Source of the DNA: Thraustochytrium aureum | Lineage: Eukaryota | Assembly (NCBI GenBank): GCA_012862495.1 | Contig: BLSG01000397.1 | Coordinates: 75,066 to 138,289 of the forward strand | Direction: 5' to 3' | DNA length: 63,224 nt | In this document: piece after piece, positions 43,362 through 53,500 of the stretch | How the letters are laid out: each line of letters begins with the position of its first letter | Numbering within the stretch: position 1 is the first letter of the stretch | Program-made: the position numbers and the translations under genes | The notes under the pieces: generated by a model | Databases searched by the model: none | What the model saw: the letters and a program-made list of their open reading frames with translations, nothing else | Told to the model about the DNA's origin: nothing

Positions 43362-45779
43362 ATGCTCGGCCGCTCGCAGAACCCGTGGACTGTGGCTCTG
43401 AGCGTGGCGATTGTCCTCGCCCCTGTCACCGTCACGGGTGCATTCGTGGACATGCGCAACGAGTCGACTACGCTGCACATCATCACGCAGAGCGGCGACC
43501 CAGAAACCGAGGTGCTGCAACTGCAGAACTGGTCCGATGCACGCCCAGAGTATCAGCTCATGTATGGGCATCAAGACCGTGATTCAATGAAGCTCGACAT
43601 TCTCAAGCACCTCGACCTAACCAACGGCCCGGATGTGCTTGGCTGGTACGCGGGCGGAGAGGTAACCCGGACGTTCATCACGAATGGCCAGCTCCTGGAC
43701 CTCCACGAAACCTTTGTCGAGTTTGGGCTGTACGACAAGATCCCGGAAGCGATGCTAAAAGGCGTCAGCGACGAGAATGGCCATCCATTCGCCGTGCCCA
43801 CGGACAACTACCACTGGGGAGTCTTCTACAACAAGGAGCTGCTCGCCGAGCTGAACATCGCGCCGCCGACAACCTGGGCCTCGTTTCTTGCTGCTTGCGA
43901 CACCGTACTCGACGCGGGTCTCCTGCCCATCTCCATCGGCACCAAGTACAAGTGGACCGCGGCCGGGTGGTTTGACTACCTCAACATGCGCATCAACGGG
44001 CCCGAGTTTCACATCTCACTGACGGCCGGCAACGAAAGATACAACGACCCGCGCGTCAAATCGGTGTTTGCTCAGTGGAAAGAGTTGCTGGACGCGGGCT
44101 ACTTTGGCAACAACACGATCCGCGTGGAGAACACTTGGGTCAAGATGCAGGAAGACCTCAAGAGCAAGACGGCGGCATTTGCGCTGATGGGCGACTTTCT
44201 CCGCTGGGACATGGACCCCGTGAACGCCGCCAAGATGGACTTTTTCCAGTTCCCGTTGATCAACCCCGACGTGGCCGTTGGGGAGGACGCCCCTGCGGAT
44301 GGCTTTGTGGTGTCGGCCAAGGCGCGCAACCCAGAGGCGGCGAGGCGGCTGGTCGCATTCTTCGGGTCTGAGCAGTACCAGCTTACGCGCCTCAACAACG
44401 TGGCGCTGCCTTCGAACGTGAACGTCGTGGGCTTCGTATCCGACCCGATCAAAATCCGGGGTGCCCACATGATTGCCGCGGCGGACTACGTGGTTCAGTT
44501 TTACGATCGCGACACCAACCCCGCCATGACAGCGCGCGGACTTGACGGCATGATGGAGTTTTTGGCGGCGCCCGAGGCTGCAGACGCCATCCTCGACACA
44601 CTGGAGGTGTACAGACAGGAGATCTACCTTGGCCTCGCCGCCGAGGTCGTTATGTCGGTTCAAGGTGGCACATTTGAGGGACCCGTCTACGTCAACCTCA
44701 CGACGCTGACCGACGGCGCGGCTATCCACTTTACGCTCGACGGCAAAGCACCATCTACGGACTCGGAGCTGTATAGCGGCACCATCGCCATCGAGTTCCA
44801 TGGGCGGCACACGCTGCGAGCGATCGCGGTCAGAGATGGGCTGCGACCCTCCGAGGAGGCGATTCAAGTGTACAACGTCGTCCTCTTTGAAGAGGAGATG
44901 CTCAGCATTGGCAGTCTGGCCTCAGCAGGCATGGCCATTGGGGCGGTGGGCATCCTTTACACGGTTGGCCTGCTGGCCGTTGTTCTCGTAAAAAGGAACG
45001 AGCCCGTCTTTAAGGCCACCTCGCCCTTGTTCGTGATGATCATGCTCGTCGGGTCTATCATATCCATGACGAGCGCCTTCAGCATGTCGGTCGAGGTCAA
45101 CGCCGCGGGGGACAACATTGAGGCGGTTGCAAGCATGTGTATGTACTCGGTTTCGGCCATTGGCGTCGGGTGGGGGCTTACTTTCGGCTCCCTGCTCCTC
45201 AAGACATGGCGGATCGTTCGGATCTTTGGAAACAAGTCCCTGAAGGTTGTCAAGGTCAAAAACCACCAGCTCCTGCTCGGCGTGGCCGCGGTCACCGCCG
45301 TCGAGCTCATTGTGATCGTGGCTTGGTATGGGACGTCCCCGCCGACGGTTGCCAAACTCAGCGTGACAGAGTCTACCTATGTCATGCAGTGCGTATCGGA
45401 GCAGTCGGCGTGGGGCTACGCGGCGATTTTCACCAAGGTAGCGGCGCTGATGGTTGCTGTGATTTTCTGCATCCTCACGCGCAATGTCAACTCTGCCTTC
45501 AACGAGAGCAAACAGATTGGCTTTGCCATGTACAACCTGGCGTTCATTGCTGGCGCCAGCCTCGGCCTGTCGGCAGCCATGACTCAGATCGAGGTGGCCT
45601 ACATCGTGCGTGTGGTAGGAGTCGTCATGACAAACTGCGTCACGACGAGCTCCATCGTGATTCCCAAGATATTCATCATCTACTTTCACCCAGAGCTCAA
45701 CTCTCGAAAGGCTTGGTTTAGCTCGGGAGCAGCCTCAACAGGCGCCAACGTATCCACCGTCGCGCCGACGTCGGGATAA
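43362..45779 (+). CDS. class C-type (7tm_3) GPCR with bacterial-type ABC sugar-binding ectodomain and Fn3_assoc/CHB_HEX_C linker
   Basis: Signal peptide; SBP motifs PDVLGWYAG, WGVFYNKELL..PTTWASF, IGTKYKWTAAGWFDYLNMR, FFQFP, QFYDRD; linker GGTF..AIHFTLDGKAPS..YSGTI..LRAIAV; 7TM motifs KATSPLF, LLLKTWRIVRIF, TRNVNSAFNESKQIGFAMYN, VIPKI. Confidence 0.92.
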   Translation: MLGRSQNPWTVALSVAIVLAPVTVTGAFVDMRNESTTLHIITQSGDPETEVLQLQNWSDARPEYQLMYGHQDRDSMKLDILKHLDLTNGPDVLGWYAGGEVTRTFITNGQLLDLHETFVEFGLYDKIPEAMLKGVSDENGHPFAVPTDNYHWGVFYNKELLAELNIAPPTTWASFLAACDTVLDAGLLPISIGTKYKWTAAGWFDYLNMRINGPEFHISLTAGNERYNDPRVKSVFAQWKELLDAGYFGNNTIRVENTWVKMQEDLKSKTAAFALMGDFLRWDMDPVNAAKMDFFQFPLINPDVAVGEDAPADGFVVSAKARNPEAARRLVAFFGSEQYQLTRLNNVALPSNVNVVGFVSDPIKIRGAHMIAAADYVVQFYDRDTNPAMTARGLDGMMEFLAAPEAADAILDTLEVYRQEIYLGLAAEVVMSVQGGTFEGPVYVNLTTLTDGAAIHFTLDGKAPSTDSELYSGTIAIEFHGRHTLRAIAVRDGLRPSEEAIQVYNVVLFEEEMLSIGSLASAGMAIGAVGILYTVGLLAVVLVKRNEPVFKATSPLFVMIMLVGSIISMTSAFSMSVEVNAAGDNIEAVASMCMYSVSAIGVGWGLTFGSLLLKTWRIVRIFGNKSLKVVKVKNHQLLLGVAAVTAVELIVIVAWYGTSPPTVAKLSVTESTYVMQCVSEQSAWGYAAIFTKVAALMVAVIFCILTRNVNSAFNESKQIGFAMYNLAFIAGASLGLSAAMTQIEVAYIVRVVGVVMTNCVTTSSIVIPKIFIIYFHPELNSRKAWFSSGAASTGANVSTVAPTSG

Positions 45780-46785
45780 GGTGCAACGGGTCCGCTAGTA
45801 GTGCACGAGCCCCAACTCGGAAGCTAGGCTGGAACACATTCTTTTTTTCGGGCCTTGCTGTACCGTTCCGTCCCCCGTGCGAACGCGTTGTGCGCGCAAC
45901 GCCCCCGCCGAAGCTTTTTGCTTTCAAGTTCAGGCTGAGGCCAGCTGGCGAGCCAGATCAAATCGCAGGATCGCTTGAGAATTGCGGCCAACTTGAACCC
46001 TGGTCGTTATGTCAAGATCCCAAGTCGAGTCAGCGCAGAAGGATGCGTACTCCTATCCTGGACTCTTCTGCAAGCCAGAAATCTTCCAGACTGCTTTCCC
46101 CAGCCCCAAGCGGCCTCAGCCTCAATCGCGGAAGAAAGGAATTTCTTGCCGAAGCGCGACGTAACGTACGCATGCGCGCGGTCCGGGCAGGGCGGCTCCC
46201 AGGTCAGGCTGGCCTCAGAGTCAACGAAGTAGCCGGTGGCTCACAGTGTTGCCTGGTTCCCATCTCTGTGGCGCAGCGTATGGAGACCGCAACCAAGGCC
46301 GCCATGTACTCCACTCAAGCGTGGTCACACAACCAGTAAAGTACAGGAAGGCATCAATCAACACCATCTGTCCATCGGCGGCAAGGCGATAAGCGTCAAA
46401 CTCACCACCTGACGCGAGAGGTGCCGCTTGCATTGTTGTCGACTACGCAGAGTGCTCATCGGAGGCACGGCGGTACTCTGGGTACTAGCAGGACTAAACT
46501 CGGCCTATCGGATGAACATTTGTTGTGGCTTTGTATTCTCTGGAGACCCTCCTGCTTTAGTAGATTTAGGGAGACTATTGCTCGATGCCCCCAGCCCTCA
46601 ACGGATCTGTTCGTCGAATCGAGCAAGCTAACAAATCGCAGGTCCGAGTCTCCGAACGATCGACGCATTGACACCGAATGGCATGTAGCCAAGGCCAGAT
46701 CGTCGCAGGCGCAGTCGAACTGCATCCTGCAAGGCTCGGATCTGTTTGAGAGCAAGCCGCGCAGCGCAAGGCAGCGACGCCAACG

Positions 46786-49700
46786 ATGGTGCGCAGCGCA
46801 AGCCAAGTGGCCGTGGTATGTGCCGCTCTGCTGGCGCTGGCGAGATCTTCCGAGGCGTGCGTCATTGAAAAGTTCAAGCCGCAGGCCTTTCCTGCTACGG
46901 GGAACTTTACCGTGAAGGTCTTTGGCGACCTCCCGAGGTTTGATGCTGCGGACGTCAAGTACGTTCTCTTCCAGGCCACCTCCACAAGCGTGGAAACTAG
47001 CGTGACTGCCACAGCAGCAGAGGACGGGATCCTGATTCGTGTGGGCGATCACCTACAGAGCGGAGTCGCCTACGGTGTTCGGGTTTACAACTCTACGACC
47101 TCGCGGGTCCTCTGCGAGACTCTCACGCGGTGGGGCTTTGCTCATGCTGGCACCACAATATCAGGCTTTGGCGGTGAAAATGGGCTATCCGGCGCCAACG
47201 CGCTATACAACGTGGAGGGCAAGCAACGCATCACCATCAAGGGCAACAACCTGTTCTTTCCAGAGAACGACGAGGACGTGCTCGTCAGGTACCGTGCGAA
47301 TGACCGCGAGTCGGCTGTGGTTCCCATCCAACCTGCTTCAGTTCAAGTCCTAAACGGCCAGATTGAAATCCTTACAATAACACCGCCAGTGCCAAGACCT
47401 TTCGACTGGCTGCTCAGCTGCAGCGACAAGTTTAACCCTGCCAAATCAGCCACCTGTGTGCCGGACATTCACCTCAAGCTCTCCGTCTCGATGGACGGCG
47501 GGATCACCTTCTCGAACGAGCTTCCTATCGCGTTTGGGTACGTGAAGCCCCTCAAGGCGGCGTTTGTATACATTGGGCCTGTGGATGACTTTGGATGGAC
47601 CTACCAGCTCAACGAGGGTCGGATTCAGCTTGAGAGCACGTTTGGCGCCGCACTAAACACCTCGACGTACATTGAAAACGTGGACGAAGGCGAGTTCGAG
47701 GATGGCCAAGCCAACAAGGGCAAAACAATAAAGACACAAACCCCCGTACCGCCGCACTTTGTCAAAAGCGACGGCACCACTGTGGTGAACAAGTACTACG
47801 AGGGCTTTGCGATCATGAAAAAGCTGTGCGACGAAGACTACGACCTCGTGTTTTCGTGTAGCTTTGGGCACATGAGCCAAACCGAGGACGTTTCGGCAGA
47901 CTACCCAGGATGCCAGCGCGTCGGGGACGGAAGTGATGCGGGGGCAGAGAGCTACACGACTCACTTCGTGCACATTAGCGGATACAAGACGACGCCCCGC
48001 ATGTCAACGGCGTTTGGCAAGATCTATCAGATGCGCTACCTTGCCGGAATCGTTGCCGGGTACGAGCTCCGGCGTCGCAAGACCGAGCAAGTGATCGAAA
48101 ACACGTACGACCCGAACAGCCCGCCATGCGTTGGCTACATCGCGGCATACCCGTTGCCCGAGGTGCAGCGCGGCATAAACGCCTTTCTGATTGGTTGCAA
48201 GGAGGAGTTTCCCGAGTGCCAGATCAAGGTCCTGTGGTCTGGCGTATGGCACGACTCCAAGCTTGAGGAGGCCGCGGCCGCCTTCTTCTGGAACGAGGCC
48301 GGATGCAAAGTGATAACGCAGCACTCGGACACGGCCGCGCCGCAGCGCTACTACAAAGAGAGAGGCGGCGTAAGCTTGGGGTACAATAGCGACAGCCGGT
48401 CGCTGGTTGGCGACTCTGTTCTCACCAGCGCAATTCTCCATTGGGCGCCCGCTTTCGAGCATTTCGTGAGTACGGTGCGCGACGATGAATGGGCCCCAGA
48501 GCAGGTGTGGATGGGCGTGGACAAAGGTGCCGTCAAGCTGGCTCCATTCTTTAGCCCTCGCGTTCCTGCGGTCGTGCAGGACAAAGTACTGCGCCGGAAG
48601 CGCGAGTTGGAGGCCGCCGAAGGCGACGAAGCGCTTCACCAGATTTTTTGCGGCGACCTGCAGAAGAGGTGGGTCTACGTGCGCGACGCTGGACGTGTCA
48701 AGTATGGATGTGGTTTCCAGCCCGAGTGGGTGCGGCTGGAGGAGACGGAGTCGATCAACTCGGAGCACTTTTGGGACGCGGACGGAAACCGCCTCTCCGC
48801 GAACGAGCCGATCAAGAGCACAGATTGCCTGTGGGGAGTGAATTTCCCAGGGGAGGCTCTGCTCAGTAACGGGGACAGTGGCTTCAGTGACTATCTGCTG
48901 GACGGGGTCGAACTTATCGACCCCCAAGCTACGCCGTTCGGCACGATCCACAACGCATCGTCTCACGGCTGCTTTTCGGCATACGGCACAATGGGTGATC
49001 GGTTCTTTGAAGCGCCAAAGGATCTTCCTGAGTGCAACGGCGAGCAGTGGGCTTACTCGCGCGGACGGTGCGACGCTACTACGATGACAAGCGAGATCAT
49101 CTATTCCTGGGTCGTCAACGAGACCACAAAATCCAACCTGTCCTGCGGCGAGGAATTGGGGCCGAATGGCAAGTTCTCGAAACCAGCTGATTTGCCGTAC
49201 GTGCCTTTCGGCGAGGCCGCCCCTCCGTGCGACTTTGTGCCAGTAAAGTCGCGCGCCGCTTCCGTCGCCTTCGCACTGAGCATCTTGGGGGTTCTTTTCC
49301 ACATTGCGATCATCTTTCTCATCGCAGCCAACCGCCGCCACAAAGCATTAATAGCCTCTCAGCCAAAGCTGGTCCTATACATGTGCGTGGGTGGCGTGCT
49401 CCTGAACTTGTCGACATTAACTTTCCTGGGTGCGCCAACTGAAACCACGTGCGCATTGCGAATCTGGGCTTTCAACTTGAGCTTTCAGGTGGTTTTTAGC
49501 TTCATGGTCAGCAAGATCTACCGCGTGTGGAAGCTTTTTACGTCAATCACTGCCAAAACGGTAAAGCGCGTGAAAGTGCGCGACAGAGACATGGTACGCG
49601 CCTCGGCTTTTCTGATTTTCATCGACGCGCTGATTCTGCTTGCGTGGCAGATTAGCGACCCTTCCGTCCCACGCGTAACTCGCGAGGTATTCATAAACCT

Positions 49701-50130
49701 CCCGTCAGAGGGCCTCGGTAGCATTACGTACACCGAGTGCGCTTCTACTGGGAACACGTTCAGCCTCGCGACTCTGATGTTCAAGGTGTTCTTAATTATG
49801 GCGGCGTGCGTCCTCGTCTTCGGGAGCAAGAATATCCCTTCAAGCTACGTCGAACACAAGTTTATTGTCTTCTCGGCGTACAACACAGCCATCTTCTCGG
49901 GCGTGGTTCTTCTCCTCACGGGGGCGGAATCGGATGACCCGTCTACAGGGCTCATGATTCACGCTGCGGGCGTCACCGTGGGCTCGGTGCTAGTCAACGG
50001 TTCCATTGCGCTGCCCCGTCTCCTTCTTGTTTTCGGCAAGTGGAGGGCTTCCGTCAGCGATGTAAATCTCGCCTACACGGTAGGGGGCACGGCTTCGGTC
50101 CAAGGATTGAAGACACGATTCCCAAGTTGA
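46786..50130 (+). CDS. class C-type (7tm_3) GPCR with IPT/TIG-like domains and BMP/PnrA (nucleoside-binding) ectodomain
   Basis: Signal peptide; ITIKGNNL..LSVSMDGGITFS (IPT-like); BMP motifs AFVYIGPVDDFGWTY, FSCSFG, SGYK, RYLAGIVAG, PEVQRGINAF, TQHSD, GYNSD; Cys-rich linker; 7TM motifs ASQPK, CALRIW, SKIYRVWKLF, KNIPSSYVEHKFIVFSAYN, LPRL. Confidence 0.92.
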   Translation: MVRSASQVAVVCAALLALARSSEACVIEKFKPQAFPATGNFTVKVFGDLPRFDAADVKYVLFQATSTSVETSVTATAAEDGILIRVGDHLQSGVAYGVRVYNSTTSRVLCETLTRWGFAHAGTTISGFGGENGLSGANALYNVEGKQRITIKGNNLFFPENDEDVLVRYRANDRESAVVPIQPASVQVLNGQIEILTITPPVPRPFDWLLSCSDKFNPAKSATCVPDIHLKLSVSMDGGITFSNELPIAFGYVKPLKAAFVYIGPVDDFGWTYQLNEGRIQLESTFGAALNTSTYIENVDEGEFEDGQANKGKTIKTQTPVPPHFVKSDGTTVVNKYYEGFAIMKKLCDEDYDLVFSCSFGHMSQTEDVSADYPGCQRVGDGSDAGAESYTTHFVHISGYKTTPRMSTAFGKIYQMRYLAGIVAGYELRRRKTEQVIENTYDPNSPPCVGYIAAYPLPEVQRGINAFLIGCKEEFPECQIKVLWSGVWHDSKLEEAAAAFFWNEAGCKVITQHSDTAAPQRYYKERGGVSLGYNSDSRSLVGDSVLTSAILHWAPAFEHFVSTVRDDEWAPEQVWMGVDKGAVKLAPFFSPRVPAVVQDKVLRRKRELEAAEGDEALHQIFCGDLQKRWVYVRDAGRVKYGCGFQPEWVRLEETESINSEHFWDADGNRLSANEPIKSTDCLWGVNFPGEALLSNGDSGFSDYLLDGVELIDPQATPFGTIHNASSHGCFSAYGTMGDRFFEAPKDLPECNGEQWAYSRGRCDATTMTSEIIYSWVVNETTKSNLSCGEELGPNGKFSKPADLPYVPFGEAAPPCDFVPVKSRAASVAFALSILGVLFHIAIIFLIAANRRHKALIASQPKLVLYMCVGGVLLNLSTLTFLGAPTETTCALRIWAFNLSFQVVFSFMVSKIYRVWKLFTSITAKTVKRVKVRDRDMVRASAFLIFIDALILLAWQISDPSVPRVTREVFINLPSEGLGSITYTECASTGNTFSLATLMFKVFLIMAACVLVFGSKNIPSSYVEHKFIVFSAYNTAIFSGVVLLLTGAESDDPSTGLMIHAAGVTVGSVLVNGSIALPRLLLVFGKWRASVSDVNLAYTVGGTASVQGLKTRFPS

Positions 50131-50891
50131 TAAACGCCGTAGTCAAAGCGGCTGCGGCCCCAAGTGAACCACTACTGCAGGTCAGCGGCTGTCCCCATTA
50201 ACGCCTCGTACTCCTGGCCGTACCTATTCTATTGCGTCTCGTACCTAGCTGCACATTAACTGCCGTGAAACTTGGTCTGCGGGCCAAATTCTGCATGCAC
50301 GCTGACTGAGCCGAACCCGAGCCTGAGCTTTTTCACTCCAACGCAAGCGTGTGACAGCCAAGGATTGGACCGCCCCGTCAGCCAGCCCATCACCAGTGAC
50401 ATGATCGTGGCACGATTGATGGCCGTGGTTTCAAGAAACCGCGCGACGCCCAAGCCAGGAAGCGCCAAGCGACCAACTGACCTGACGAGAACGCGGCATC
50501 ATTCTGTTGAAAGAGCACAGAATGATTCAAGAACAAGGAGCTGATCTTCGAGCGCCGCTGCCCCTCAGGCTGTCGCACATCCACGCCCTTTCGACTGTGC
50601 CTCGTCGTATCCTGTGCTTTAAAAAACTAAATTCTCCTAACAAAATTTAGCCGAAGTAACGATGTCAATTGCACCATGGCCTTTAAAACTGTTCCTGGAG
50701 AACAGACAGGCCGCACCGGTGCGGTAGACCAGCACCTGGGAGACGTGGCGGCCGCGCGCGGGAGGGCAAGTGCGTCGGGCTGCGCAGCTGCGTGTTGCCG
50801 ATTTCGCTTCGGCGCGTGAGAATCGCTGCGGGGATTTGCGCCAGCCGTCGCGCTTCGAGGCCTGCCTCTTCGTGCAGCGGGCGCGGGGAGG

Positions 50892-52980
50892 ATGAAGGTT
50901 GTCGCTGGCGGCCTGGTGGCCTGCGCCGCGCTGGGCGTTGCGCAGGGCGGGATTCTGCATGATGCGATGTACTTTGTGACGGATACTTTTGCGTCGCTTA
51001 TGGGCAAGGATCAGGTCGCGCCCCCGAAAAAGTCCAAGACGGCCCATGCGCCTGGCGTGGAGGTCGTCGACTTCTCCACTCCTGGACTGCCGAAAGTCCG
51101 CATGGGCGGCCGCGTGATGGACCTCGTGCACGGGCTGCACTTTGACGACATCCTGCAGGATTCTCCGGACGAGATCCGCCCCCCCGCCGCTGTCGTCTTT
51201 TTCGACTCAAACGACGACGCCTGCATGGCCAGGTACAACTCCATGCGATGGGACTATGTCGCCGAGAACGAGCTGCCCGCTCGCGAGCGCCTCTTCACCG
51301 CGCGCTACGACATGTACTCTGCCCCGCGTCGCGCCTGGTACAAGTTCGTGCCCGAGCTGGACCTCAAAGCGCGCTTCGGCGTTCAATCGTGNNNNNNNNN
51401 NNNNNNNNNNNNNNNNNNNNNNNNNNNNNNNNNNNNNNNNNNNNNNNNNNNNNNNNNNNNNNNNNNNNNNNNNNNNNNNNNNNNNNNNNNNNNNNNNNNN
51501 NNNNNNNNNNNNNNNNNNNNNNNNNNNNNNNNNNNNNNNNNNNNNNNNNNNNNNNNNNNNNNNNNNNNNNNNNNNNNNNNNNNNNNNNNNNNNNNNNNNN
51601 NNNNNNNNNNNNNNNNNNNNNNNNNNNNNNNNNNNNNNNNNNNNNNNNNNNNNNNNNNNNNNNNNNNNNNNNNNNNNNNNNNNNNNNNNNNNNNNNNNNN
51701 NNNNNNNNNNNNNNNNNNNNNNNNNNNNNNNNNNNNNNNNNNNNNNNNNNNNNNNNNNNNNNNNNNNNNNNNNNNNNNNNNNNNNNNNNNNNGACTTTAA
51801 GGACCAGTGCACCGGGTTTGAGAGCTGGGACGACAAAGGCAGTATGGTCGAGTGGATCGAGGCGCGCATCGAGCGCGAAGGCGAGCCCCGTATCTCAAAG
51901 TTCCTGGGCAGCTATGCCGAACAGGGCGTGTGGATGCAGCGCCGCGACCACACAAGCTCGGACAACCACATGCGCAACCTCTACCTGGCAGAGGCCTTCC
52001 CGGGCTTCACCGATACCGGTTTCAAGGTCCTGCCCATTCCCAAGCCCTTCGAAGAGTGGCTGCTCGACTTTTACGAGCGCAACCAAAAGTCGCGCCGCAC
52101 CGAGTACTGGGACTCGGAGAGCACCCAGATGAGCTTCGTCGAAGCGCCCACCTCATTCATCGACCTGGACCGCGAGCGCTTTGAGAAGGAGCGCTACGCC
52201 AACGAGTACCTCAAGCCCATTGTGGAGGAGTGGAGCGGCGTCAAGCCGCTCGAGCTCACCAGCTTTTACGGGATCCGCGAGTACCCGGACGGGAGCTTTC
52301 TGAAGAATCACATCGACCGTATCGACACCCACGTGCTCTCGGTCACGATGACCGTGAAGAAGCTCGACCCTAAAAAGGCTGCGGAGCACCCCTGGCCCCT
52401 CGAGGTCGTGCAGTGGTCGGGCGACCACGTCCGCTACGACCACCCGCAGGGCACCATGATCCTCTACGAGAGCAGCAAGCTTCCGCACGGCCGGCCCTAC
52501 CGTAACCGCGGGGGCGTGCACGCTGGCGCCTTCTGCCACTTCAAGCCCGTCAACATGCACGGCACGGATGCCAAAAAGTGGGATGCCATCGCCGAGAAGG
52601 CGCGCGCCCACCACCGCGCGCACACTCAGTGGCACCAATACCGCTCCACCGAGTCTGTCGAGCCCGAGAACCCGGTCTTTAGCGTCCGCGAGTACGGCGC
52701 CAAGTCCAAGTGGAAGCACAACGCCGCAGACGACGGCGACTCGAACGGGTCGTTCTCGGTCACCTTCAAGAACAAGAGCAACCGCGTCCTTGACGTGCTC
52801 TGGGCCTCTCCTGATGGCGAGCCGGTCATGCAGGGCACACTCGCCGCTGGGGCTTCGTTCGGCATCAACACGTTCCGCGGGCACAAGTTCTTTTGGGCGG
52901 AGAAGGGCTCCAAGAAGCCGCTGCCGCAGGGATCGATGGTCATGGAGAAGGGCCGCAACGAGTACTCCTACTCGCTTTAG
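50892..52980 (+). CDS. secreted 2OG-Fe(II) oxygenase-like protein with C-terminal VHL-beta-like domain (spans gap 51392-51792)
   Basis: Signal peptide MKVVAGGLVACAALGVAQG; YGIREY..NHIDRIDTHVLS (HxD), WPLEV, MILYESSKLPHGRP, FCHFKP; tail VTFKNKSNRVLDVLW..G..QGTL..G..INTFRGHKFFW. Joining across the gap is inferred. Confidence 0.75.
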
Positions 52981-53500
52981 TTACTAATCTTTCTAAAGAA
53001 ATAGAGAAGGCAGAAAATGCGAGACCCTCTGAGCGACGCCGACCCGCGCGCTCGCGCCCTCCGCCCCCTGCGCGTGTTCAGTCGGCGCGACGCTTGGGAT
53101 AGCTCTCTGCGTCGCGAGCCTGCCGACTCCAAACTCGCCCGCCACGACGCCTTGCAAGTTGGTCAAGAAAAAAACCACGAGGGACCACTCCACTTGAGGT
53201 TTCGAGTACGCACCGCAGAGCGGCCGGCCTCCTCGAGCAGCAGCACTCGTCCGCGTGCAGCGCTCGCCAAAGCCTGCTGCTTGCTGCTCCGCCATCGCAG
53301 CACGCCCCTCGCAGCGGGCGGCGTTGCGTGCGGGGTATCTCGCCAGCTCAGGAGACCGACGCTTCGTCGTCGCTGCTCTCGAGCTCGAGCTGCGCCGTTG
53401 GCGCGGAGGGATTCGCTGTGCCAGGGCGGTCGGTCGCCGGCTTGGGTCACCAAGCTGGCAGCGAGGGCAAAGGGCGCGGCCAAGCTGGCCGGGCGGCAGC

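Noticed and set aside
43362..50130. Bacterial contamination explaining the bacterial-like SBP domains
   Set aside because: Each domain is fused in one ORF to a eukaryotic 7tm_3 domain, lacks a lipobox, has no ABC permease or ATPase neighbours and is flanked by eukaryotic genes.
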